This document shows, one piece after another, positions 24,501 through 37,068 of a DNA stretch of 64,000 nucleotides. Position 1 is the stretch's first letter. Every line of letters begins with the position of its first letter. Made by a program: the position numbers and the translations under genes. The stretch comes from Euglena gracilis (lineage: Eukaryota), in assembly GCA_039621445.1 (NCBI GenBank), contig CP154954.1, positions 24,254,954 through 24,318,953 on the forward strand, given 5' to 3'. The notes beneath the pieces are model-generated. The model searched no databases. It was not told the origin of the DNA and saw only the letters and a list, made by a program, of their open reading frames with translations.

Positions 24501-26505
24501 TACGGGCAAATCGGTTTCGGGCCCCGAACGGGCCCGAAATGGCCGAAACTGGCCAAACTGGCCCAAAACCACAAAACGGCCGTATCTCGGGCTAGGCGGG
24601 GAGTTGGCCCAAACCGCGCATACCGATCGATCGGGCGTCCCAAAGTTGTGGAACGACGTCCTCATTACTTTTTCTCAACTCCGCGGCGTTTTCGAGATAT
24701 TTTGAAATTTTCGATTTTTTGACCCCAAAATGACCCTGCAATTTCCCCGGAAAAAAAAACGGTAGACAACTTTTTTGCTTGGGCCATATCTCCGGAGTGG
24801 CGGAGAGTTGCGGGTAACCGAAGGGCTCTGGAGGTACTAGGGATCGTCCCCTAACCTATAGGCCATTCACTTTGGGGGCCCGGAAATCCAATCACATCGA
24901 TAATCCCGGGGTTTCCGGACCTACCCAGGGGGGGGGGGGGCGGGGTGGGGGTCCGACCCGCCTCCGGCCCCGGTGGTAAGCTTCGCTCTTACTCTAAAGA
25001 GATAAGAGCTCAGCGACCAGGGTGTGACGTAGAGCTGAGCTCTTTGGGAGACCACTCCGGCCCGGCCCGGGAAAAACACTCATTTTCGGCTCAAAAACAG
25101 TTTTTCCGGGTCCGGGAGGGCAAAAAACGTCGTTTCGGGCAAAAAATTTTTTCGATTTTTTTCGACTTTTTTGACCCGGGGTTGACCTAAAGTCAATGGG
25201 TTGGCGGCCCAAAGCGGGGCGCTGGCGGGTCGAAAAACGTTCATTTTTGGCTCGAAAACATTTTTGTCGGGTCCGGGTGGTCAAAAAACATGGTTTTGGG
25301 CAAAATTTTTTTGATTTTTTTTGACTTTTTTGACCCAAAAATGGCTAAGTCCACCGGACCCAGCCAGGCGGGGGGGGCATGGGGGGGGGGTCCGGGTCGG
25401 AAAATTTTTTTTCGCTCAAAAACACTTTTTTTGATGTTATGAAGTGAAAAAAAGTATTTTTGAGCCAAAAAATTTTTTTCAAAATTTTGGGTCCCGACCT
25501 GCCACCCGACCCCCCGTCGCCCAGCCGCCCTCACGCCGCCCGCAGGGGTCCCCGAATACCCAAAACTGGCCCAAAATCGCACAACCAGACCCCGGGAACC
25601 CCAAAAAACGGTCAACCCCCCCCCCTAAACCTAATGATTGACCCCTGGTTTGGGTCCCAACTCCTCGTCTAGCCCGACGGCCAATTTACGGTTTCGGGCC
25701 CGAACAGGCCCGAAATGGCCAAAACTGGCCCAAAACCCCCAAAACGGCCATATCTCGGGCTAGGCGAGGAGTTGGCCCAAACCGCGCATAGCGATCGATA
25801 GGGCGTCCAAAAGTTGTGGAGGGATGTCCTCTTTACTTTTCCTCAACTCCACAGCGTTTTCGAGATATTTTGAATTTTTTGACTTTTTGATCCCAGCCCG
25901 GTAGCCCTCGAACCCCTGCAGGGGTCCCCGAATACCCAAAAATGGCCCAAAATCGCACAACCAGACCCCGGGAACCCCAAAAAAACGGTCAACCCCCCCC
26001 CCCCTAAACCTAATGATTGACCCCCTGGTTTGGGTTCCAACTCCTCGTCCAGCCCGAGATACGGGCAAATTACGGTTTCGGGCCCCGAACGGGCCCGAAA
26101 CGGCCAAAACTGGCCAAACTGGCCCAAAACCACAAAACGGCCATATCTCGGGCTAGGCGAGGAGTTGGCCCAAACCGCGCATACCGATCGATCGGGCGTC
26201 CCAAAGTTGTGGAAGGACGTCCTCTTCACTTTTTCTCAACCCCGCAGCGTTTTCGAGATATTTTGAAATTTTCGATTTTTTGACCCCAAAATGACCCTGC
26301 AATTTTCCGGAAAAAAAAAACGGTAGACAACTTTTTTGCTCGGGCCATATCTCCGGACTGGCGGGGAGTTGCGGGTAACCTAAAGGCTCCAGAGATACTA
26401 GGGATCGTCCCCTAACCTATGGGCTTTTCACTTTGGGGGCCACAAAATCCAGTCACATCGATAATCCCGGGGTTTCCGGACCTACCCGGGGGGGGGGGGG
26501 GGGGG

Positions 26506-26537
<32 letters not shown>

Positions 26538-29261
26538 CGGGGCCCCCCGTCCCCGGTGGTAAGCTTCGCTCTTACTCTAAAGAGATAAGAGCTCAGCGAC
26601 CAGGGTGTGACGTAGAGCTGAGCTCTTTGGGAGACCACCCCTGCCCGGCCCGGCGGCCCGGCCCGTCCGGCGGCTCGGCGTCCCGGCCAGGCCGGCCCGG
26701 CGGCCCGGGGCCCCCGTCGACGGCCCGCCCGGCGGCCCTCCGGTCCCCCGGAACCCGGCCCTTTTCTGGATCACGACTCCGTGGTTTTTGGTCAAAAAAC
26801 ATTTTTTTTTTTTGATTCTTTTTTTCGGGGGTTGGAGGTGCTTTTGGGTGAAATTTTTTTTGAATTTTTTTGACTTTTTTGATCCAAAATGGCTAAGTCC
26901 ACTGGCCAGGGGCGGGCCCCCAGCCAGCCAGGGGGGGGGGCTCGGAAGGGCATGGGGGGTGCGGGTCGGAAATTTCGCGGGCCCAGTGGTGGGTCTTTAA
27001 CATTGATGTTCTGAATGAAAAAAAGTGTTTTTGAGCGAAAAATTTTTTTTTTCAAAATTTTGGGTCCCGACCTGCCACCCCGCCCCCCCCCCTACGCTCG
27101 GGGCCCCGCCCCCCCGACCCAATGCTAACGCCGCCCCCGATCCAACCCCCTCCCCCCTCCCCCCCCCCAAACCCATCCCCAACCCCCATGGACCCCCCCG
27201 GGGGGAGTGGGGAAAACTCAACGCAAAATTGGGGTCCAGTTGTAACCGCTCACACGGGCGTGGGGCGTGCCCCAACCCGAACCCCTGGCCAAAAGTCTCA
27301 CAAGGTGGACGGGCAAAACCTTCAATTATCGTTTTCGATTATTTTCGATTTTGGGTTTTGACCCAACCTGGCTCCCCCCTATATCCCGCCGTCACCTCCT
27401 CCACGGGGTGGCCGAACTTGGCAGAAATTTAGGCGGTTTGGGGTCCCTCATCTGGTTGGACCCCACCCATGGGTGGCCCCGAACGCCCCCCCGTGGGTGC
27501 CCTTCACTCCAAAAAAGGCCAATTGTGCGGGTTGGGGGGAGGGAAAAACGGATTGGACCCCCAAACTGGGTCCCAAACTCCCTCATAATCCAACCTTTGC
27601 CCCCAAAAACATTTTGGATCGACCAAATGGGGTCCCCTCCCCCTCTCCCGCCTGCCGAAAACCCTCGACGGGTGGGTCCCCGAATACCCAAAAATGGCCC
27701 AAAATCCCACAACCCGACCCCGGGAAACCCAAAAAACGGTCAAAAACTAAACCATGATTGACCCCCTGGTTTGGGCTCCAACTCCCGTCTAGCCGAGATA
27801 CGGCAAATTACGGTTCCGGGCCCGAACGGGCCCGAAATGGCCAGAACTGTCAAAACTGGCCCAAAACCCCAAAACGGCCTTATCTCCGGCTAGGCGGGGA
27901 GTTGGCCCAAACCGCGCATACCGATCGATCTGGCGTCCCAAAGTTGTGGAATGACGTCCTCTTTACTTTTTGTCAATTCCGCGGTGTTTTCGAGTTATTT
28001 TGCATTTTTATATTTTTTGCCCCCAAAATGACCGTGCGATTTCCCCGGAAAAAAAAAACGGTAGACAACTTTTTTGCTCGGGCCATATCTCCGGACTGGC
28101 GGGGAGTTACGGGTAACCGAAGTGCTCTGGAGAAACTAGGGAACCTCTCCTAACCTATAGGCTATTCACTTTGGGGGAAATCCAATCACATCGATAATCC
28201 TCGGGTGCCCCGACCTACCCAGGGGGGGGGGCGGGGTGGGGGAGGGGGGGCCTTCGCTCTTACTCTAAAGAGATAAGAGCTCAGCGACCAGGGTGTGACG
28301 TAGAGCTGAGCTCTTTGGGGGACCATTCCGGCCCGGCCTGCGAAAAACGCTCATTTTTGGCCCAAAAACATGTTTTCTGGATCCGGGAGACCATAAAACA
28401 TCGTTTTGGGCTGAAAAATTTTTTCGATATTTTTCGACTTTTTTGACCCGGTTTTGACCCAAAGTCAATGGGTTGGCGGACCAAAAAGGGGCCCTGGCGG
28501 GTCGAAAAACGCTCATTTTCAGCTCAAAAACACTTTTTCCGGGTCCGGGAGGCCAAAAAACATGGTTTTGGGCGAAAAATTTTTTTTCGATTTTTTTCGA
28601 CTTTTTTGACCCGGTTTTGACCCAAAGTCAATGGGTTGGCGAACCAAAACGGGGCGCTGGCGGGTCGAAAAACGCTCATTTTCGGCCTAAAAACACTTTT
28701 TCCGGGTCCGGGAGGCCCAAAAACATGGTTTTGGGCGAAAAAATTTTTTTTCGATTTTTTTCGACTGTTTGGCCCGAAAACGGCTAAGTCGGACAGTGGG
28801 AAAAGTGTACAAAACGGCCATTTGGACCGAAAAACGGCCATATCTCGGGCCAGGCGGGGAGTTGGCCCAAACTGCGCATACCGGTGGATAGGGCGTCCCA
28901 AAGTTGTGGAATGAGGTACTCTTTAGTTTTTCTCAACTCCCCAGCGTTTTCGAGATATTTTGAATTTTTCGATTTTTTGACCCCAAAAATGACCCCTTTT
29001 GCCGGTCCAACAAAATTTCTTTGGAAAAAAAACGGTAGACAACTTTTTTGCTCGGGCCAGATCTCCGGCGTGGCGCGGAGTTGCGGGCAACCTAAGGGCT
29101 CTGGACAAACTAGGGACCGTCTCCTAACCTATAGGCTATTAACCTTTCGGGTCCCGAAATCCAATCACATCGATAATCCTCGGGGGCCCGAGCCTACTCA
29201 GGGGGGGGGGGGCGGGGGGGCGGGGGGGGGGGGGCGGGGGGGGGGGGGGGGGGGGGGGGGG
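21539..29261 (+). mobile_element. Head-to-tail array of five non-coding modular units: 21539-22921, 22922-25015, 25016-26598, 26599-28286, 28287-~29261 (truncated)
   Basis: Each unit starts ACCAGGGTGTGACGTAGAGCTGAGCTCTTTGGG. The four complete units end CTTCGCTCTTACTCTAAAGAGATAAGAGCTCAGCG, and the four junctions are identical. Module order is conserved. Confidence 0.9.
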
Positions 29262-29263
29262 TA

Positions 29264-30975
29264 ATCCCTTTATGGGTAAGAGCGAAGCTTACCACCGGCG
29301 AAACCACCCCCCCCCCCCGACCCCCCCCCCCTCCCCCCCCGCCCCCCCCGGGTCGGGGCCACCTCGGGAACCGACGGATTATCACCATGATCCCGGCCCC
29401 GTTCCCGGATTTTTTTTTTTTCAGTCGCGAGCGACTGGATTCGTAGTTTCCGAAGCACCTGGGTTTGACCCCCAACTCCCCGCCAGGTCCGAGTTATTCA
29501 CGCGCGAAGGGGTCCAAACTGGGTAGGATCGGTCCGCCCCCCCCCCCCCCTTTGGACTCTGCCATTTCGGCCAAAAAAATGTCAATTTTCAAAATATCTC
29601 CAAAATGAAGCCAAATCAAAGGAAATGTCCGGAGACCTAAATTGAAGCCCTTGGAACGCCCCATCCACCGGTATTTTGATTTCCCCCCAACTCCCCGCCT
29701 AGCCCGAGATACGGCCGTTTTCGGCCCGGATGGCCGTTTTGTACACTTTTCCCTCTGTTCGACTTGGCCGTTTTCGGGGGGTGGGGGGTCAAAAAATCGA
29801 TGTTTTCAAAATTTATCGAAAATGATGCAAAATCAAAGGAAATGTCCGGAGACCTAAATTGAAGCCCTTGGAACGTCCCATCTACCGGTATTTTGGTTTC
29901 CCCGCAACTCCCCGCCCAGCCCGAGATACGGGCGTTTTTTTGGCCAATTTGGGCCATTTCAGGCCATTTTGTACACTTTTCCCTCTGTTCGACTTAGCCG
30001 TTTTCCGCCAAAAAAATCAAGAAAAATCGGAAAATCTTTTTTTGCCCGAAACGATGTTTTTTGGCCTCCCGGACCCGGAAAAACTGTTTTTGAGCCGAAA
30101 ACGAGCGTTTTTCGACCCGCCAGCGCCCCGTTTTGGGCCGCCGACCCATTGACTTTGGGTCAAAACCGGGTCGAAAAAGTCGAAAAAAATCGAAACCCGA
30201 AACGATGTTTTTTGGCCTCCCGGACCCAGAAAAACTGTTTTTGAGCCGAAAACGAGCGTTTTTCGACCCGCCAGCGCCCCGTTTTGGGCCGCCGACCCAT
30301 TGACTTTGGGTCAAAACCGGGTCGAAAAAGTCGAAGAAAATCCAAAAATTTTTTTTTGCCCGAAACGATGTTTTTTGGCCTCCCGGACCGTGAAAAACTG
30401 TTTTTGAGCCGAAAACGAGCGTTTTTCGACCCGCCAGCGCCCCGTTTTGGGCCGCCGACCCATTGACTTTGGGTCAAAACCGGGTCGAAAAAGTCGAAAA
30501 AAATCCAAAAAAATTTTTTTGCCCGAAACGATGTTTTTTGGCCTCCCGGACCCGGAAAAACTGTTTTTGAGCCGAAAACGAGCGTTTTTCGACTCGCCAG
30601 CGCCCCGTTTTGGGCCGCCGACCCATTGACTTTGGGTCAAAACCGGGTCGAAAAAGTCGAAAAAAATCCAAAAATTTTTTTTGCCCGAAACGATGTTTTT
30701 TGGTTCTCGGACCCGGAAAAACTGTTTTTGAGCCGAGACTGAGTGTTTTTCGACCCGTTTTGGGTGGCCGACCTATTGACTCTGGGTCAAAACCGGGTCA
30801 AAAAAGTGGAAAAAATCGAAAAAATTTTTTTTGCCCGAAACGATGTTTTTGGGTCTCCCGGACCCGGAAGAACTGTTTTCGAGCCGAAAATGAGCGTTTT
30901 TCGACTTCGACCCACCGGCCCCCTGTTTCTGGCACAAAACCCATGGATTTCAGGCAAAAGAGCTCCATGGAGTGG
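29264..30975 (-). mobile_element. Inverted subfamily-2 unit (CCCATAAAGGG hairpin variant)
   Basis: atccctttatgggtaagagcgaagcttacc is the reverse complement of the unit end seen at 39143-39172. The body is homologous to 38368-39184. Confidence 0.85.
30044..30905. repeat. Tandem ~163-bp repeat (about 5 copies) with regularly spaced A/T tracts
   Basis: cccgaaacgatgtttttt recurs at ~30045, 30196, 30359, 30522, 30684 and 30834. Confidence 0.9.
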
Positions 30976-31105
30976 GCCGGTATGTATGGAGGGGTCAATG
31001 AAGGGGTGGGTGCGCGCTTATTAAGACCTCAGCACTATTCAAAACCTGGTTTCGGGGGGGGGGTGGTAAGCTTCGCTCTTACTCTAAAGAGATAAGAGCT
31101 CAGCG

Positions 31106-32670
31106 CCCCCCCCCCCCCAAATAATACCCCCCCTTTGGTGTCTGACTTTGGCTGCCGAAATAATACTCCCCCCCCCCCGGTTTCGGGCCGAAGGCCCGAA
31201 TTTTTACCTGAAAATGAAGGTAAAAATCACAATCTCTGACAACATATTACGAAAAAAATCGATTCTTCTGGCTCATCAGACCTCCAAAAAATGGTAAATT
31301 TCACAAGAAAGTGCAAAAAATGACCCCAAAGGGGGGTTTTGGGTGCTATTTTGGGTTTTACGGGACTTCGAAAAATTTCGAAAATTTTGGAAAAAATAAT
31401 ACCCCCCCTCCCCAAATAATACCCCCCCCCTCGGGCCGGGACTTCGGGCGAAAAAAATAATACCCCGGGGGGTATTGTTTGGGGGGGGTATACCCCTGGA
31501 TGGATGGGTTGGAACCCCCCCAACTCCTCCGCGGCCTTAAAAAATGGGGGCTTGGAGCCCATTGAGCACCTCCGACCCGTGTCCCAAGCCTTCTGGCCTA
31601 TCCCACAGTGCCACGTTGCTCTGCTATTGTGGAAACGCCGACGAGTGCCATGATTGCGGCGCCCCCTGATTGTGGAAGTGTCTACGCGGCCAGGCACCTG
31701 TGTCTAAAACAGGGCCTAAAATGACTTCCCAACCCTTGTTAATCCTTGTCAATAACACTTTCGGGAATATTGCTGTGTCTCGGACAAGGGCTGGGTGGGA
31801 ATGTAAAATGAAATAACTGCCTGAATTAATTGTAATCCACAGGTATTGTCATGAGTAGCAATAATGGCACGAAACTCGGAACACACGTGTCGAGCATCCA
31901 CAAAGATTGCTTTTTGCAGCTTCGTGTTTTTTTTAATCAAATTCTTCCGACAATGTAATGATTTTGTACAAAAACAGCAATTGTGGTGTAATCATCGTTG
32001 ATTCTATCCTTCTTTGTAGTGCGTGCTTTCTTAAAAAAGTCTCCTGAAAAATGGGTGTTTTGAAAAATCGCTCCAGAGTTTTTGAATTTCAGAGCAAAGG
32101 TGTCTAAATTGGTGGTCTCCAAATTCAGCGGAGATGACCAGGTCTCCCCCCCCCCCCCCCCCGCCGACCCCTCCCTGCGGGGTCAGGTTTTGGGGCAGGG
32201 AGTGTAGCGTTGTGCCCCCCCCGCCGAGCGCTTGGCCCCCCTCCTCCTCACATGCAAACCTGGCCGCCCTGAAGCTGACTTCAGGAAAATATTTGACTGT
32301 TGGCTTGCGCTGGACCCAAACCGCACCCCCCCCCCACCGGGGATTATGCGCAGCAGAATCTCTTCTGTCAGGATTTTCCCTTCCCACGTACGATTTTTGA
32401 ACAGAGCCTCACCTAGATTTGATCAGTTTTCATGAATACGTCCCTGCTTCCTTTGACATGGGTTTCTGATTGAAGACTTGTGAACGTCTGATGAATCATT
32501 GGACTTTCAGAACAACCCAGTTTTGGTCAAGAAAATTTTTTGGTGGAAACAGCCCAAGGGTGTGAAAATGGGTGTCTGCACCCGACCCCTCTGGCTGCAA
32601 TGCCGTGGGGGTTCCAGCGTGTCGTCCATGTTGGCCCCTCCTGTAGCTCTGCAGTGACTCATGCAGCGCC
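31106..32670 (+). repeat. ~1.55 kb direct duplication (second copy ~34165-35700)
   Basis: Near-identical sequence; each copy starts immediately after a unit end (...GCTCAGCG) at a C tract. Confidence 0.9.
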
Positions 32671-34163
32671 GAAGCTTACCACCCCGGCGACGGGGGGGTC
32701 CAACCCCCCCCGCCCCCCCCCCCCCGCCCCCCCCGCCCCCCCCCCCCGCGCCCCCCCGCCCCCCCCCCCCTGGGTGCAATGGCCCCCGAGGATTATCGAT
32801 GTGATTGGATTTCCGGGCCCCCAAAGTGAATAGCCTATAGGTTAGGAGATGGTCCCTAGTTTCTCCAGAGCCCTTCGGTTACCCGTAACTCCCCGCCAGC
32901 CCGGAGATATGGCCCGAGCAAAAAAGTTGTCTACCGTTTTTTTTTCCGGGGAAATTGCAGGGTGATTTTGGGGTCAAAAAATCGAAAAATTCAAAATATC
33001 TCGAAAACGCTGGGGAGTTGACAAAAAGCGAAGAGGACGTCGTTCCACAACTTTGGGACGCCCGATCGATCGGTATGCGCGGTTTGGGCCAACTCCTCGC
33101 CTAGCCCGAGATACGGCCGTTTTGTGGTTTTGGGCCAGTTTTGCCAGTTTTGGCCATTTCGGGCCTATACGGGGCCCGAAACCGTAATTTGCCCGTATCT
33201 CGGGCTAGACGGGGAGTTGGAACCCAAACCAGGGGGTCAATACTTAGGTTTAGGGGGGGGTTTTGACCGTTTTTTGGGGTTCCCGGGGCCTGGTTGTGCC
33301 ATTTTGGGCCAGTTTTGGGTATTCGGGGACCACCGGCGCGTCAGGGCGGTGGCTGGGGGGGGTCGGGAACAGTGCAGGTCGGGACCCAAAATTTTTTTTC
33401 GCTCAAAAACACTTTTTTTCACTTCAGAACATCAAAAAAAGTGTTTTTGAGCGAAAAAAATTTTCCGACCCGAACCCCCCCCATGCCCCCCCCCCCTGGC
33501 TGGGGCCCGCCCCCTGACCGGTGGACATTTTTGGGTCAAAAGCCGAAAAAATTCGAAAATTTTTTTTTTGACCAAAACCATGATTTTTGACCTCCCGGAC
33601 CCGAAAAAAGTGTTTTCGAGCCAAAAATGAGCGTTTTTCGACCCGCCGGCGCCCCGTTTTGGGCCGCCAACCCATTGACTTTGGGTCAAAACCGGGTCAA
33701 AAAGGTCGAAAAAAATCGAAATTTTTTTTTGCCCCAAAGCGATGTTTTTTGGCCTCCCGGACCCGGAAAGCCTGTGTTTGAGCCGAAAATGAGCGTTTTT
33801 CGACCCGCCAGCGCCCCGTTTTGGGCCACCAACCCATGACTTCAGGTCAAAACCGGTCAAAAAAGTCGACAAGAATTGAAAAAAAAAATTTGGGCCCAAA
33901 ACCGTGTTTTTTGGCCTCCCTGACCCAGAAAAAAATGTTTTTGAGCCGAAAATGAGCGTTTTTCCCGGGACGGGCCGGGGTGGTCTCCCAAAGAGCTCAG
34001 CTCTACGTCACACCCTGGTCACTTTGGGGGCCCAGAAATCCAATCACATCGATAATCCTCGGGTGCCCCGACCTACCCAGAGGGGGGGGGCGGGGGGGGT
34101 CGGACCCCCCAGTCGCCGGGGTGGTAAGCTTCGCTCTTACTCTAAAGAGATAAGAGCTCAGCG
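32671..34163. mobile_element. Inverted near-full unit (32671-34019) joined to a short forward copy of the unit end (34020-34163)
   Basis: ...acgtcacaccctggt at 34005-34019 is the reversed unit start. 32671-32829 and 34020-34132 are mutually inverted. Confidence 0.85.
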
Positions 34164-37068
34164 ACCCCCCCCCAAATAATACCCCCCCCAAATAATACCC
34201 CCCCCTTTGTCTGACTTTGGCGACCGAAGGCCCGAATTTTTACCTGAAAATGAAGGTAAAAATCACAATCTCTGACAACATATTACGAAAAAAATCGATT
34301 CTTCTGGCTCATCAGACCTCCAAAAAATGGTAAATTTCACAAGAAAGTGCAAAAAATGACCCCAAAGGGGGGTTTTGGGTGCTATTTTGGGTTTTACGGG
34401 ACTTCGAAAAATTTCGAAAATTTTGGAAAAAATAATACCCCCCCCCCCCCAAATAATACCCCCCCCCCTCGGGCCGGGACTTCGGGCGAAAAAATAATAC
34501 CCCGGGGGGTATTGTTTGGGGGGGGGTTACCCCTGGATGGATGGGTTGGAACCCCCCCAACTCCTCCGCGGCCTTAAAAAATGGGGGCTTGGAGCCCATT
34601 GAGCACCTCCGACCCGTGTCCCAAGCCTTCTGGCCTATCCCACAGTGCCACGTTGCTCTGCTATTGTGGAAACGCCGACGAGTGCCATGATTGCGGCGCC
34701 CCCTGATTGTGGAAGTGGCTACGCGGCCAGGCACCTGTGTCTAAAACAGGGCCTAAAATGACTTCCCAACCCTTGTTAATCCTTGTCAATAACACTTTCG
34801 GGAATATTGCTGTGTCTCGGACAAGGGCTGGGTGGGAATGGAAAATGAAATAACTGCCTGAATTAATTGTAATACACAGGTATTGACATGAGTGGCAAAA
34901 ATGGCACGAAACTCGGAACACACGCGTAGAGCATCCACAAAGATTGCTTTTTGCAGCTTCGTGTTTTTTTAATCAAATTCTTCCGACAATGTAATGATTT
35001 TGTACAAAAACAGCAATTGTGGTGTAATCATCGTTGATTCTATCCTTCTTTGTAGTGCGTGCTTTCTTAAAAAAGTCTCCTGAGAAATGGGTGTTTTGAA
35101 AGATCGCTCCAGAGTTTTTGAATTTCAGAACAAAGGTGTCTAAATTGGTGGTCTCCAAATTCAGCGGAGATGACCAGGTCTCCCCCCCCCCCCCCCCCCG
35201 CCGACCCCTCCCTGTGGGGTCAGGTTTTGGGGCAGGGAGTGTAGCGTTGTGCACCCCCCGAGCGCTGGCCCCCCTCGTCCTCACATGCGATCCTGTCCTC
35301 CCTGAAGTTGACTTCAGGAAAATTTTGACTGTGCTTGCGCTTCCACCCCCCCCCCCAAACCGCCCCACCCCCCCCCGGGATTATGTGCAGCAGAATCTCT
35401 TCTGTCAGGATTCCCCTTCCACGGATTTTGAACAGAGCCTCACCTAGATTTGATCAGTTTTCATGAATACGTCCCTGCTTGCTGTGACATGGGTTTCTGA
35501 TTGAAGACTTGTGAACGTCTTATGAATCATTGGACTTCAGAACAACCCCCGTTTGGGTCAAGAAAAATGGTGGAAAACAGCCCAAGGGGGTGAATATGGG
35601 TGTCTGCACCCGGCCCCTCGGGCTGCAAATATGCGGCGCCGCGGCCCGGTTTCCGGGCTCAGCTGGATTGCAATTTTGACCGTGACTCATGCACGCTTGC
35701 GCTGAGTCCTCAAAAGTGCAACTTATGGCGCTGGATGCGCGGTTGGCATTGTTAAATGCCAACCCCCCCGCAGGCTGATTCCCCCCACCTTCCTTCCTTT
35801 GCGAGTGGAATCAGGTTTGGGGGGAAGGGTATAGGGTGCCTCGGCCTGCAGGCCAGAGGCCAGCTCCTGCGCTTTGTTCTAAGCTCCCCCTGCTTCCTCC
35901 ATGCCACCCCATCCGGCCAGCGCATGACCGACAGTGTCCACCAAGCGCTGCTCAGCCCCCCTGAGGGATTTCCCCCCCCCCACCCCCTGGAGCATGTTGT
36001 CCCTCCTGGACCATAGTTCATGCCGGCACTGATGCGCCGACCAACCTGGCCCTCACCGGCCCCCATTGACTGGCAATGACCCCCGTCAGCCAGACCTTTC
36101 CAGCGCCATCTGATGACGCTTTTGCACCCAAAATGACCGGCGTGAATCGTCCCGTAGTTTTGATCATCATTAAGTCTTTGACAGAAAATTTTTTGTTTGT
36201 TTTCATGACCAAAAAAGCCCAATGAGCACCCTCATGGCCATCTCAGGCCGCACATGGCCATGTGGATCTGTACATGAGTCATCTGGCCGCGGAATAACGC
36301 TCCCCCACCCTTCATGCCCCCTATCGCGGGTCCCGAGCTCGCGAGGCTTATAAGGGGTCCATGGGTGTCGGGATGGGTGAGGGGGGGGTCGGCCAAGCTT
36401 CCATCTTACCCATTGGCTCTTTTTCCTCTACGACATTTTGGTTCGGCACAGAGCCCACTGCCCCTGAGCGCCCTGGGGGTCAAGCTTCATTGAGGTTTTT
36501 GAGCAAATAGGGGCCCCTGACCGGGGATGGTGTTCACCATAACCACCTGAAGACCTCAGCCCAATTGTGGGCCTCCCCCATGATGGCTCTGACCGTTTTT
36601 TTTTGTGATCCTGGGCAAGCCCACCCTTGCCTTCATGATGATTGTTCAGCCAAGGTACTGAAGCTGCCACCATGATTGTGGCCATCATGTTGGCCCCTGC
36701 CCAATGGCCTGACCTTGTCGCCGACCTGGGTGCGCCATGAGGTCGAAAATGGCCACTAGTTTTTTGACAATAACCGCACCCCCTCCGATGGGTTGGAAAC
36801 CAAGCCTATTGAGCCTTTTTTATTCATGCACCCCATATGACCTGTCTGCGCACAAATGGCCGAAACACATGCGGTCTGTGGCCACGATGGGCCCATTTTC
36901 CCGAGGCAAGTGGAAACGGGCCAGGATTTGTGTTTTTTCTATTTTTTTGTTTTCGGACACATGGCATGGTGAATGAAAAATATAACTGCATTGTACACGT
37001 GGGGCATCATGAGGCATGAAATGGCCCACTTGGAAACCCATGATCCACATTTCGATTGTGTTTTTTTG

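Noticed and set aside
31255-31290. Hammerhead ribozyme (CTGATGA on the minus strand; also near 34310)
   Set aside because: No stem II followed by GAAA and no convincing stems I or III by eye. No canonical hammerhead core was found in the tandem unit either.
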